A stretch of 64,000 nt of DNA. It comes from the human T2T-CHM13v2.0 reference genome, Homo sapiens. The stretch lies in NCBI RefSeq assembly GCF_009914755.1, contig NC_060942.1; one strand, 5' to 3'. Numbering within the stretch: the stretch's first letter is position 1; each line of letters opens with the position of its first letter. A program made the position numbers and the translations under genes. Positions 30,143 through 45,968 of this stretch are shown here, piece after piece. The notes beneath the pieces were generated by a model, which was not told the DNA's origin, ran no database searches, and saw nothing but the letters and a program-made list of their open reading frames with translations.

Positions 30143-31264
30143 TTTGAATTCAAGATTCTTCCACTAATTTTGCATCTACATTCTGATCATTTTGGAAAAT
30201 TCTTACAGAAATTGGACAATGTTGAACAAATAGTGATTTTTAAAATTATATCTAGGACTATCATTGCCAAGGGACTTTGTCTTGATATTTCACAAGAAGA
30301 ATTTTGGAACTATGAAAATAGGGGATCCCATAGTTCTTACTACAAGCATAGAATGCCCACCAAACAATTTAAAGCCAAGCCTATTATCCAGGTACCCAGA
30401 GAATCCAGCCTCCAGAACAGAAGGAAACAGTCCCCACTGAAAGAACACAAAAGCCAGGAAGCCACAAGGAATTGCCCTCAGGTTCTGAAGGACAAGAGAT
30501 TGTGCATTCAATAGCTTTTGCAGGAATTAATAAGTGAAGGCCAAGGGTTATAATAAACATCTAAAGGAAGAATTTAGCACAAACAAGACCACATAGAAGA
30601 AGAAAAATGTATGCAAGAAAACCAGTATGAACCACACCTAGAAACCTAGTCAGGGATTTTTTTTTTCCATCTAAAATAATTAAGGATCTTTACCAGTTCC
30701 TTAGCACAGAGAAATGTCAGGAACCAGTGCCTTGTCCTCATTATTCTTTATGTGTAAGAAACTGGAGTAAACAATGCCAAATTATTATTCCAATTTGTAG
30801 GTTAAATAAGCTCCCCAAATCACCTAGTCACCGTCTTAAATTTTTACCTTAAAAATCCTACAGGGTATTATTATAATGGATTTCCTGAATTGCTGAAATA
30901 TTACTTAATCAAAGGGAGAAGCCATTAAAACATAGAACATGCTATGTTACAGGGCTGACTTCTGTTTACTTGTGCACATTTTTTTTTTAAATAGGAATAT
31001 AAAGCTAACTTCTCAGGTGGGAAGATGGTAGAATCATCACTGCCATCTCCAAAACTACACTTTTGTGATGCTGGCTTGAACTTAGACCATACAAAGTTAC
31101 TCATTTTCAGATGTTTGTCAAAATGATCCTCCTTCAAAAAAAATTCAGTTATTATGGTCTCAGTAATTGTGAAATGCAAACAGAATCATTTAAGAAGGAT
31201 AAAATTGAATATTTTGTTTCTTACATAAAATCCAGACCTCTGTCATTTCAGCTTTGGTGGAGTA

Positions 31265-31883
31265 TTTTCTCTTCTTCTTCTTCTTCTTCTTCTTCTTCTT
31301 CTCCTTCTCCTTCTTCTCCTTCTCCTTCTCCCTCTCCCTCTCCCTCTCCCTCTCCTCCTCCTCCTCCTCCTCCTCCTCCTCCTCCTCCTCCTCCTCCTCC
31401 TCCTCCTCCTGCTCCTCTTCCTCTTCTCTTCCTCTTCTCTTCTTCTTCTTTTCTTCTTCTTCTTTTCTTCTTTCCTTCCCTTCTTCTTCTTCCGTTCTTC
31501 TTCTTCTTCTTCCTTTCTTCTTCTTCTTCTTCTTCTTCCTTTCTTCTTCTTCTTCCTTTCTTCTTCTTCTTCTTCTTCTTCCTTTCTTCTTCTTCTTCTT
31601 CTTCTTCTTCCTTTCTTCTTCTTCTTCTTCTTCTTCCTTTCTTCTTCTTCTTCTTCTTCCTTTCTTCTTCTTCTTCTTCTTCTTCCTTTCTTCTTCTTCT
31701 TCTTCTTCCTTTCTTCTTCTTCTTCTTCTTCCTTTCTTCTTCTTCTTTCTTCTTCTTCCTTTCTTCTTCTTCTTCTTTCTTCTTCCTTCTTCTTCTTCTT
31801 CTTTCTTCTTCTTCCTTCTTCTTCTTCTTCTTTCTTCTTCTTCCTTCTTCTTCTTCTTCTTCTTCTTCTTCTTTCTTCTTCTT
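31265..31883. repeat. ~620-bp polypyrimidine tract: (TTC)n, (TCTCCC)n, (CCT)n, then interrupted (TTC)n
   Basis: Seen directly; no A between 31265 and 31888; occupies the tail position of the adjacent L1. Confidence 0.97.
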
Positions 31884-33979
<2,096 letters not shown>

Positions 33980-34308
33980 GTAGAGTATTTTCTTAAACCA
34001 TTGCTACCTGGAGTTTCTCCATAATGATGCCCTTTTTATTCCCAGCAATGATTTTCTATTATTTTGTGTTACATTTAAGTTAGCTTTCTTATTAACAAAG
34101 TTAATGATCATATAGTTCTCATTGTGAATATTAAAAAAGATTAGCCAGAAACGAGCATTAACCCAAAACACTTGATTGATAAGTTTGTGATACTTGATAA
34201 TATGAATATGCTCTAATAAGTAACTCTATGCAGTTGTGTATTACTTAAAATAAATATGACCAGACATTCTTCATGGTAATGTGACTAGCTTAGTTATTAG
34301 TTTTATAA

Positions 34309-34662
<354 letters not shown>

Positions 34663-35679
34663 TAATTTTTTCCTCTTTCATGCCTTGTGTCTACTTCTGC
34701 CTCATTGTCTATGGAAAAAGAAGGCATTTATGCTTTTGCAGGCCTCTTTCTTCATGAAAAAGTTACTAATTTTATAACTGCTTTGGAATAAAGATGAATG
34801 TAATCCAGGATGGACTTATTTTTTCCTCCTAACTAAAAAAAAAACCAAAAAACAAAAAACAAAAAACAAAAAACTTAAACCTTCTTTATGGGCACCTAAA
34901 AGTACTGTGGCCCTTGACACAGTGCCTACTGTGCTGATTGGACAAGTCATCCCTATTATATAGCCATATCGTGGTTATACTTTAAGAAAATTGGGCCTAA
35001 CTTTCTAAGTGCTTTGAAGTCATGTGATGCATAAAGCAGTGAATTGTTTCATTATCTCAATTTTCTTATGATGTAATAAATTGTTTTTAGTTTAAAATCA
35101 TTTTTATGTCACAGGTATATTGTATAAGGTGTCAGTTAATTTTTTAATCAATAGAATTGTTATTTTTCATTAACTTGTGTTACTGCCACAAAGGAATTGA
35201 ATATTTTATACCAATTTCCAGTACAAATAGCATCTAACATTTAAGCTTTGAGAATCTTTGGCTCTACTTTCTCCCCACTCCCCTCGCTATTTGGCACACT
35301 ATTTTGTCCTCAAGTTCATGTTCTGACACATACATGTGTGTCTACTAGTTGCTAAAATTTTAGGAAAGTTATTTTCTAATGAAAGTCATTATCCCTAACT
35401 TACTTGCATTGTCGCTTGGTATATTAAAATGTCTTTTGTTTCTTAAAGGAAGAAATACAAGAAAATGTTCTTAATAGCAACTGTATTTCTTTAAAGGCAA
35501 ATAGTTATCTACATTAAGTAGCAAATACAACTCTAACAGTCCATGAGGCCAGTACATTCTCTCACTTTCTGATAGTGAAAAATATCTTTTCTGGGTGCTA
35601 GAGGTTGTCTCAATACTATGGGCTATGCAGAAAAATGTGGAAGAACTAGCATTTTGAGGGGTGACATAAAGAATGTATT

Positions 35680-36086
<407 letters not shown>

Positions 36087-36606
36087 TCAAAGTTCAACTA
36101 GAATGTCTTAGGACGTAGGACAATTTGGGGGAAGTATTTCCACCTTAAAGGAGGAAATGGTGGTGGCATGGTCTACAGTTATTTTATACCCTTGTTCTAT
36201 AGAAGCATGTGTCCTGGGGTTCCTGAGTGTCTCCATACTGTTAACAGCTCCTCTGGCAACTACATTGTAACAGAGTGTCAGGAGTTGGTGCAGAATTCCA
36301 GCATCAGTTCCAAATGCTGAACCAGTAATCGATTTCCCAAGGAAATCAATCCCAGCAAAAGTTGAGCCCCAACTCTCTATAGCATGTGAATAAAACAGAA
36401 AACGGCTATCTTAGAGAATACATGGTAAGCTGAAGAACGTAAATTAGACTTCCAATAAATTTGATGCTTTGTGTACTTAGAACTCATATAGGCATTATAG
36501 ATCCAAGCAGTTTCAGCTAGCTTTTCATCTCTCTCAAACCCTGGGCGAATGATAAACATCAAAGAGAATAACATGAAAAGAAATATTTACTTTGACCGTT
36601 CTACCA

Positions 36607-36710
36607 AATATATATATATATAAATATATGAAAATATATATACTAATATATATAAATATATATGTAAATTATATATAAATATATATGTATATATACACAC
36701 ACACACGCAC
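36607..36710. repeat. TA-rich / (CA)n low-complexity tract
   Basis: Seen directly. Confidence 0.8.
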
Positions 36711-36729
36711 AATTCAAGCATAATAATAT

Positions 36730-37079
36730 GCTTTAGACTGAGTGGCTTATGCACAACATAAATTTATTTCTCATGGTTCTGGTGACCGGCTGAGTTTCCC
36801 TAGTCTGAGATTAGGGTGCCAGCATGATGGTTGGGTTTCTGGTGAGGACCCTTTTCTGGGCTGCAGACTGATGGCTTCTTGTATCCTCGTACGGTGCAAA
36901 GAGAGAGAGATAATTCCCTGGGATCTCTTTTATAAGAGCACAAATTCTATTTATAAGGGCTCCATCTTCATGATCTAATAACCTCCCAAAAGCCTCACCT
37001 CCTAATATGATCACTTTGGAGGTTAGGATTTCAACATCTGAATTTTGGGGAATATGAATGTTACGTTCAGTCCATTGCA
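36730..37079 (-). mobile_element. MLT1A-like LTR
   Basis: AAATTTATTTCTCATGGTTCTGG...TTCTGGTGAGGACCC...GGTTAGGATTTCAACATCTGAATTTTGGGG...TTCAGTCCATTGCA. Confidence 0.8.
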
Positions 37080-37092
37080 TACACTGTACATA

Positions 37093-37140
<48 letters not shown>

Positions 37141-37165
37141 AATCTATCTATATATATATATATCT
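37093..37165. repeat. (TATC)12 tetranucleotide STR followed by (TA)n
   Basis: Seen directly; perfect units 37093-37140. Confidence 0.95.
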
Positions 37166-37499
37166 ACATAAATATGTCTTTAAATTTGATATATTTATCT
37201 TTAAAATATTGAATTCTGAATACCATTGGCTAGCAAAACTATGGGACTGAAAATAATCTGCTGATTTCTCATCTTGGCCTTTGAGATCATTAAGAACCCT
37301 GTGAACTATCTTTATATGACAATTATTTTTAATTCTAGGAAATTCAATACAGTAGTAGAATGCTATAGAATAACATGTTCATTTTTTGTGTTCATTTTCG
37401 TCACATAAATTGACTTCTTAGGCTTCAAAATTTGGAGAGTTTTAATGTTAATCCTAACATCAAAGGTACCTTAAATTTTTTAAATATTATCCATTATTA

Positions 37500-37592
37500 G
37501 AGTAGCTGGTAGGTTTATAAAGAATTTAGTGTGCTCTGAGATCTGTATTTTTAACAAGCAACTCAGGTGACTCTTAAGCAGATTTGGGAACC
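37500..37592. mobile_element. MER5A-like hAT fragment
   Basis: GATCTGTATTTTTAACAAGCAACTCAGGTGACTCTTAAGCAGATTTGGGAACC. Confidence 0.55.
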
Positions 37593-38275
37593 GAAGTCGT
37601 AAGCAAGTGAACTATGTAAATATTGTACCCTCTTGTCTTTCTTTCTATTTTGCCTGTCACTCTCTCCTGCAGAGATAATAATGCATAATAAATTAATAGA
37701 GGAATCAATGACTAGTCTATGGTTAGACATGGACTTTATAAAGCAAGCACTCCATCATTTATTAAAGCATATAAAATATATATCATAACATATGTTTTAA
37801 CTTTATTGCAACAATCCATTTTATGAATAAAAATCTCCTAGGTAGATATTTTGACACAGTCAAGAAGGAAACTGAATCTATGACTGTTCTATGAGCCTGT
37901 TAGAATTGATGAAATTCAAGATCTAACATGCATGAAAGCATTTTAGATGTGGAGTTAGCTGATATTATTTGGGTGGCTTTTCTCTCACATGTTTATTTTG
38001 CTATTTTGCTTATAGTCATCAGTCTACTTGTCCATCTACCCTTGCTGTAAGAGGTCTTATTTTTCCTTCCATATACCAATCCAGTCCCCATCACAGACCC
38101 TGATGTATCATAGACCCCGAAACAACTTGTTAAGGAAATGAATTTCTATTCAAACATGTACACACACACACACAATCTAGGCAATTTTAATGCTAGCAAC
38201 TGAATCACAAGAATGGAATAAAAGATACATTCTATCTCTGATATGAACAACTGCATTACTATTTAAAAAAAAGTG

Positions 38276-38598
38276 GGCCAGGTGTAATGACTTATGCTTA
38301 TAATCCCAGCACTTTGGGAGGCCAAGGCAGGCAGATCACAGGCAGATGACTTGAGACCAGGAGTTTGAGGCCAGCCTGGCCAACATGGTGAAACCCCATC
38401 TCTACTGAAAATATAAAAATTAGCTGGGCGTGGGGGTGCATGCCTGTAATCCCAGTGGGTGGCTGAGGCAGGAGAATCACTTGAACTCTGGAGGCGGAGG
38501 TTGCAGTGAGCTAAGATCACACCACTGCACTCCAGCCTGGGCGACAGAGCGAGACTCTGTCTCAAAAAACTAATATTAATATAAAATAAATAATAAAA
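38276..38598 (+). mobile_element. AluS
   Basis: Full Alu with a small internal duplication GGCAGATCACAGGCAGATGAC. Confidence 0.93.
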
Positions 38599-40714
38599 TG
38601 TGCTTACATAGACTTAATATTGATGATAAAAATTTTGAATAACACGTTACTATTGCATAGCACATCTTATTGCTCGAAATGAGACCTAGGTATATGACAT
38701 TTGTCAACATACATCAAAAGATTGTTGATTTGGGAAAATGATCATAAGGCTGATAAGTTTTCTCAGTTCAATACATTTGAGCTCATGACATGTTTTGAAC
38801 TCTGACCCCCTAAAAAGGAAGCGTTAGGCATGCTAATGGGATAAATCAGCCAAATCCCATCTATCTGACCTTATTAATGTAACTCTAGGATTTAGATTCT
38901 GACCTTCCATAATTATTGACACCTATTTAATTTATCTTCTCATCAATAGTGAAGCCTAGTGCAGCTGCTATGGCACATGTAAATACATCACTGTTGCCAG
39001 CACAGGCTGATTGGCATTCATGCTTGAGTGTCTTTTTTATTTTCTCCTTGGCTGCTGGGAGTAGCCTGAGCAGCGCAGACACTAAAGAGCTTCATCTATT
39101 AGGCATGACAGATTTGTATTCAGCGATAAACGCCTGACCTTGCTCTACTCTCTCATCCATTCCCATCATCCCCTCGCCAGATGAAAGAGTCTGCTTAACT
39201 CCTGTTTCCTGGCTGTTTCCTTGGCAACAATAACTGAGTCAGTCTGACAGAATAACTAATAGAATACCTTGGTAGTGAGATTAAAGTGCTTTAAAAAAAG
39301 TCGTCACCCACAGAATTATAAATGAGAAATGTTTAAAATCGGAATTTTAAGATGATACCAATCAGTGACATTATGATTTCCTTATTAACCCATTTCATTT
39401 TGTGGTAATATTTACAGACTTTTCCCAAGGTATTTTAGGCCGGGACCAGAGTATTTAAGCTTTTAGGATCCATTTGTGTTATATGATGAAAACAGATTGG
39501 TTTTGTAATAAAACTTGTATTGCTTTAGATGTTGAATTAGTGGGTAGAAGATATGTACAGACAGTGTCCCAACTGGGAAGAAGGACTTTGTAATGAAATA
39601 TGTACTATCTATTTTTCTCATTCCTCTTCTGAAGGAGATGTACCTTTTTAAGGCATTATAACTAGAAGATCATAAAGCTACAAGTATCATCTCCCTTTAG
39701 GATTCTGTCACTTTTAGCCCAATTCTTACTATCTGAAAGATTCATCAGCATTCTTGTTTCATATTGTTTTTTGACAACACATCACGAGGTTGTCAAAAGT
39801 CTCAGAATCCCTGTGGAATTCTTAAATTTGGACTGCAAATTATAGCATAAGCTGAAAGCTAAACTTCTGAATTTTTCAGTGAAACTTTGATGGAATTTTA
39901 TAGAATAATTTTAGATTACTTTATATCTTCATAAGAATGCATGCAGCTAATAGATACAATATAGAGAGATGGAGCAGAGAGACCATTTGGGTAAAGCATT
40001 TTCTACTCTGAATGTCTCCAGTGATTGCATCATGATTTATTAGTTTTGCCTTGGGCTCAAATAAATTTTAAATGATTTCTAAATATCTATTTTTTCTATT
40101 ATTCTAATTATATTTTTCTAATCTCATTTAATATTTTCTGAGGCCACCTAATATTTGGATGTGCTTAACTGGGTCTAATAAATAATAGAGGACAGAAATA
40201 ATGTAATAACATTAATTTAGATAATCTACTCTAGAACTCTATATTAAATGAAAGCTTATCATTTATGATTATGTCTTGCTATTACTACACATTTTGAGAG
40301 TGCAATTAACTTCTATTATCACAATGATAATTACAGTTGGCAACAGAAGTCAACAAAGCCTATTTATCTGTTTTGCAATTTTAAAAATTTAGACATTTCC
40401 ACTCACATTTAGTACCTCTGATTAGAATGGACATTTTCTGCTTTGCAGTCTTTTTATAGAGGTTTAATATAAATTTATTCCAATTGTTATTGCCAGTGCT
40501 CATTTCAGGAAACCTGCTTAACCACAGAATGAAGTCTGAAGGAGGTGAGCACATCAAAATGTAGAGATGACTGTTCACCAGTCTTCAGATGACTGGATGG
40601 TCTGTTTCTGTCCCCATGGATATCAGAAGAAGCAGTTGTCTTTGCTAATAGATTTGAGAGGGAAAAATCTTTCAAATAGTGTGTTTGACTTGCTCTAAGA
40701 ACATGAAACAAAAC

Positions 40715-41128
40715 TATATTAGCATCCAATTGCTGCTGTAACATATTACCAATAATTTAGTAGCTTAAACCAACATAAATGTATTATTTTAAATTCTAAA
40801 GGCTAGAAGTCTAAATTCAGTCTAACCAGCTAAAGTGAAAGCATCAATGAATTTCTTGGCTCATGGCCCCTTCCTTATATTCCTTCAAACTCCTGCTCCT
40901 CCTCCTATCCTGATTCAGACCCTCCTGAATCAACTCATAAGACCTTTGTTATTGCATTGAGCTTATTTAGATAAACCAGGATAACCTCCTCATTTTAAAA
41001 ATCCTTAATTTATTTATATCCGTAATGTCTTTTTTTACCATGTAAATTAACAATTTCTAGGGATTGGGATATGGATATCTTTTTTTTTTTTTTTTTGGAG
41101 GGTATGGGGTTTTTTTCATCCTACCACA
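40715..41128 (-). mobile_element. MLT1 LTR, degenerate
   Basis: TTGCTGCTGTAACATATTACC...GGCTAGAAGTCT...CCAGGATAACCTCCTCATTTTAAAA...GGGATTGGGATATGGATATCT. Confidence 0.65.
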
Positions 41129-41249
41129 AAAACACTTATTCTTCTAAAATGTGTGCATACAGAGTAGGCAGTCGGTAACTATTCCTCAAAGGTATAAATG
41201 AGCATGAATACACAGAAATGTGCAAGAAATAATATGGAAAAACACCAGT

Positions 41250-41640
41250 GGCCAGGCACAGTGGCTGAAGGCTGTAATCCCATTGATTTCAGAGGTCAGG
41301 AGTTGGGAGACATGACAAGACCCTGAGATATACCTAATGCTAAATGACAAGTTAATGGGTGCAGCACACCAGCGTGGCACATGTATACATATGTAACTAA
41401 CCAGCACATTATGCACATGTACCCTAAAACTTAAAGTATAGTAATAATAAATAAATAAATAAATTTTAAAAAATAATTAGCCAGGTATGGTCCTGCAAGT
41501 CTATAGTCCTAGCTACTCAGGAGTCTGAGGCAGGAAGATCGCTTGAGCCTGAGGGCCCAAGGTTACAGCGAGCTATGATTGCACCCCTGCACTTTAGCCT
41601 AGATGACAGTGAGGCCTTGTAGCTAAAAAAGAATAAAAAA
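41250..41640 (+). mobile_element. AluJ interrupted by a ~140-bp L1PA 3' end (41325-41465)
   Basis: Deleted Alu left arm to AGACCCTG, then GAGATATACCTAATGCTAAATGAC...TAAAACTTAAAGTATA with (TAAA)n, then Alu right arm from TTAGCCAGG. Confidence 0.9.
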
Positions 41641-42893
41641 GAAGAGAAAATTAACAAGAGCTTGTAAAAATAAGAAGTGTAACTTTCAATAAATCATTTA
41701 AGAGTAACCTAACAACTGCGTGGTCAGATCTCTAGTTGAGTAAAATAGAGAAAAGGGGATGAAAAGTAGAGTTTGAATTTGCAGTTGAATGGTTAGTTGT
41801 GCTGGCCTCTAGATTTTGTTTGTGTGATTCCATGGGAGACTCAAAATTAAGGAGTGGAGAAGATATAAGCTAAGAAAAATAAGGCAATTAAAGACATCAA
41901 AATAAATATAATGGAGGGGCTATGCTTTAGATTGAAGTTTATAGCCTCATAGTGAATTCTAGATCTTCTTTAGCTTTATTCTACTAGATACCGCTAGGGA
42001 GAGAGAAGCAAAATAGAAGGAAAAGAAGCATTAAGCAGAGAGTCTAAGCAATTGTTTAAAAATCAGCTTGCAGTTTGTGATATGATAATTATTATTATGA
42101 TCCTCGTCTGTGATAGCATTACCATAATTACTATGCTAAAAATATCATAACTACTTTATAATGAAGTAAAATGTATTAATATTTAGAGTGGTACATTTTA
42201 CACAAAATACATTCTCAAAGGGTTTACAAAGCTAGATAATGTAGTTAAAAATACACATCAAAAGAAAGAAAGAAGAAAGGAAGAAAAGATGAAACAAAAA
42301 GTGGAGGTGGACTTCACTGTACTTGAAGATAAGTCTTTAGGGTGTGATATTAAGGTTGAAGGGACTAAAACCTAGTGAGACAAAAAGTTGTATTACTGTG
42401 CCCATGCAATAATAAATTGCTTAATACATTTAATTTTCTATCCAACTGATTAATGAGCTAATGTAGACAATCTTTTGTTCACATTCATATATCTTCTGTT
42501 TTTAGTTTTCTCCATCTTTAAAGCATTGAAAGGTGTAAATTGAGTCAGTTGTTGTTGATTTATGAAGAAATGGGCTGATCACTTCCCGGTTGCCCTTCTA
42601 TGTCTGGGACACCTAGGCCATTATCCTGCTAACACTACATCCTGTTGCCACCTATATGGTTTTTCTCTACTAATCTTAAAATATCATAAAGGCATTTATT
42701 TATAAAATTATGTGCCTAACTTCTATATGCTGGACCTGATGTCATTTTAAAATAATATATGTCTTGAAGTAGCTTAAACTTGATTGGGGAAGATAGATGA
42801 GTATAGCAATAAATTAGACCAGATTGAAGCATACATATTTGATTTTCATACATCTTTTAAGGCTCAAAACGTATCTGGTCTTTATTATAATGC

Positions 42894-43285
42894 TGTACTA
42901 GTCAGCTAGGGCTTCCATCGAAAATAGCATGGACTGGGTAACTTTAACAACAGACACTTATTTGCTCACAGTTCTGGAGGTTAGAAGTCCATGATTAATA
43001 TGCAGGCAAATTCATTTACTGGTAAGGGCTCTCTTCCTCTTCTGCAGAAGGCCACCTTCTTACTGTGTCTTCGCATGACTTTCTTTTGTTTGCATACTGA
43101 AACAGAGAGAGAGAGATTTGATGTCTCTTCCTCATGTTATAAGGATACCAGTCTTATTGGATTAGAGTCTCACTGTTGTGCCCTCACTTAACCTTAATTA
43201 CCTCCTTAAAAGCCCTGTCTCTAAATACAGTCACATTGGGGGTTAGAGCTTCAACGTATCAATTTTGAGGCTACACAACTCAGTC
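42894..43285 (-). mobile_element. MLT1A/B-like LTR
   Basis: TGTACTAGTCAGCTAGGGCT...CTCACAGTTCTGGAGGTTAGAAGTCC...CAGTCACATTGGGGGTTAGAGCTTCAAC. Confidence 0.8.
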
Positions 43286-43489
43286 AGCTGAAGGCATCAG
43301 CTGATGCCTTCTCAGATTACATCAGTACCCTAAAATGCCCCTGTTCTCTGACTTCCTACAGAGTACATTGTCTAAATTTCACAACTAGAAATTGATTTTA
43401 GAATTGTTATTTGAATATTTTGACTTATATCATCTCAAAATTGTTAGCTCAGTGTAGAATGGTACTATGTTTCATTTTCAGAATAGAGT

Positions 43490-44720
43490 TTTTTTTTTTA
43501 ATTCTGAAACAATTCCAAGCAATGAAAAGTTGCAAGAATACTACAAAAGTTGTAAAAATAGTAGAAAGAATTCTTATGTTCTCTTTTTACAGAGACCTTA
43601 CTAAGATTTTGCCGATTATCCCAATAATATCCTTGAAAGTAAAGGGTAAGATCCAGGATCATTCATTGTACATAGTTTTCCTATTTTCTAGTTTCTTTCA
43701 ATCTGTAACACTTTTTCCATTTTTCTTTGACCTTCATGACCTTGAGACTTTTGAAGATTACAAGCCAGTCACTTCATAGAATGTCCATCAACATGAATTT
43801 ATCCAGTGTTTCGTGATGATTAGACCTAAGTTATGCATTTTGAGTTGGGCTAGCACAGAACTGATGCTGTTGTTCTCATTGCATCACATTGGGTGGCATA
43901 TGACATCAATTTGTCCCATGATTGATGGTGATAACTTAGACATTTATTAATATGGTTACTGCCAGATTTCCCTACTTTAAAGTTACTTTGCCCCCCTTTA
44001 TAATTTGTTTTCTGGCTGGGAACAGTGCTCACACATGTAATCCAATCACTTTGGGAGGCTATGGCATGAGAATTGTTTGAGCCTAGTAGTTTGAGACCAG
44101 CCTCAGTCACATACGGGAGACCCCATCCCTACAAAACGTTTTTAAAAATAAGCCCAGCTGTGGTGGTATGTGCCTGTGGTCCCAGCTAGTCTGGAGGCTG
44201 AGACAGAGAGGATTGCTTGAGCCCACGAATTCAAGGCTGCAGTTAGCTGTGATGGCGCCATGCTCCAGCCTGTGTGACATAGCAAGACCTCTTCTCAATA
44301 ATAATAATAATAGTAATAGTAATTTGTATTCTGTAGAGAGGTATTTTGATGCAGAATAACGGCCTATTCCTCATGTTCCTTTTCTCCATTAGTTTTAATA
44401 GCCACTTATGTTTCTTGCCTAAATCAGTTATTACTAATAAGTTGCCAAATGGTAAGTTTCAACTCCTATAGTTCCTTCCATTTGTATTGGTTTGTCTCCT
44501 GAAAGAAGAACATTTTCTTCCCCCTATGTATTTATTTATTCATTTATATTCATGTGGACTCATGATCTTTATTTTATTCAATGGGTTATTACCTGTTATT
44601 ATCATTCCTTATTTTGATATTCGAATTGTCCCAGATTCAAGCAGTAGGAGTCCTTCTAGCTTCCTACTATGCCCTTTGACATGTTTTAATTACATTGTAA
44701 TCTGAATCTTTCCTGAAATA
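43490..44720 (-). mobile_element. Old L1M (L1MC-like) 3' region, interrupted by AluJ
   Basis: GACCTTGAGACTTTTGAAGATTACAAGCCAG...TTCTCATTGCATCAC...ATTTTGATATTCGAATTGTCCCAGATT. Confidence 0.6.
44014..44319 (+). mobile_element. AluJ with (AAT)n tail
   Basis: TSD TAATTTGT(T/A)TTCT at 44001-44013 and 44320-44332. Confidence 0.93.
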
Positions 44721-45171
44721 CTTTACCCACAAAGCTCTAAATGATGCAAGCACATGGAGATCCCCAGAATATAGTTTCAATTCTGCCGTTGCTAGTTTCT
44801 TCCTAGCTGTGCAGTTTCAACAAGTAAAACCTGAGCCTTAATTTCCTATTCTGTGAAATGGAATGGGAATTAACTTGCCCAGTTCTTTAATAATAATAAT
44901 AGCTAATATTTGTTGAGCACTATATATTTGTCCTCTAATGATTGACAACAGGTAGGGATTAATCTGTTTTTATCTGAATAACTAGTAAGTTCCTAAAGGA
45001 GGTTTGAACCCCAAAAAAGGGGCTTCAGGGTCATAGCAAGAAGATAATAAAGGTAAATTCTATTACTATTACATGTTATTTATATTGTAATGAGAGTTGT
45101 TCTAAATAAGAGTTGTCAACATTGTTGCCTTGGAGTCTGAACTAGCAGAGGATTCACCTAATTTCAGCTAG

Positions 45172-45534
<363 letters not shown>

Positions 45535-45759
45535 ACTTAGGAGACTTTCCATTTCCCTTATACCCTTAGCATGAAATGAGAAAAGAGTAAGGGGAGTTTT
45601 TGTGATTTACTCTGAGTATCAGGAGAGACATATATAAATTTACTTGTTCTAAGATAATAGTTCTAATTAAAGAAGAATTTTTAGCAACCTCTTAGTTTCA
45701 AACACTATAATGTTCACAGCAAATAAATAGAAAGGAGAAAGAAACTGTTTCAGTGTTGA

Positions 45760-45968
45760 AGTAAAGTCAGAGAAAAGAGAGAGACAGAAAAAGGAGAACG
45801 AGGACAATAGGTACAAGGGAGGGAGGGAAAGAAGAAAGGGAAGAAAGGGAGTAGAGTCAGAGAAAAGAAAGATAGAAGAAGCAGGACAAAAGGGACAAAG
45901 GAAGGGAGGTGGGGAAGAAAGGAGAAAGGGAAGAAAGAAAGGGAAAGCCGGAGGGAGGGAGAGAAAGA
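45760..45968. repeat. GA-rich low-complexity tract
   Basis: Seen directly. Confidence 0.8.
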
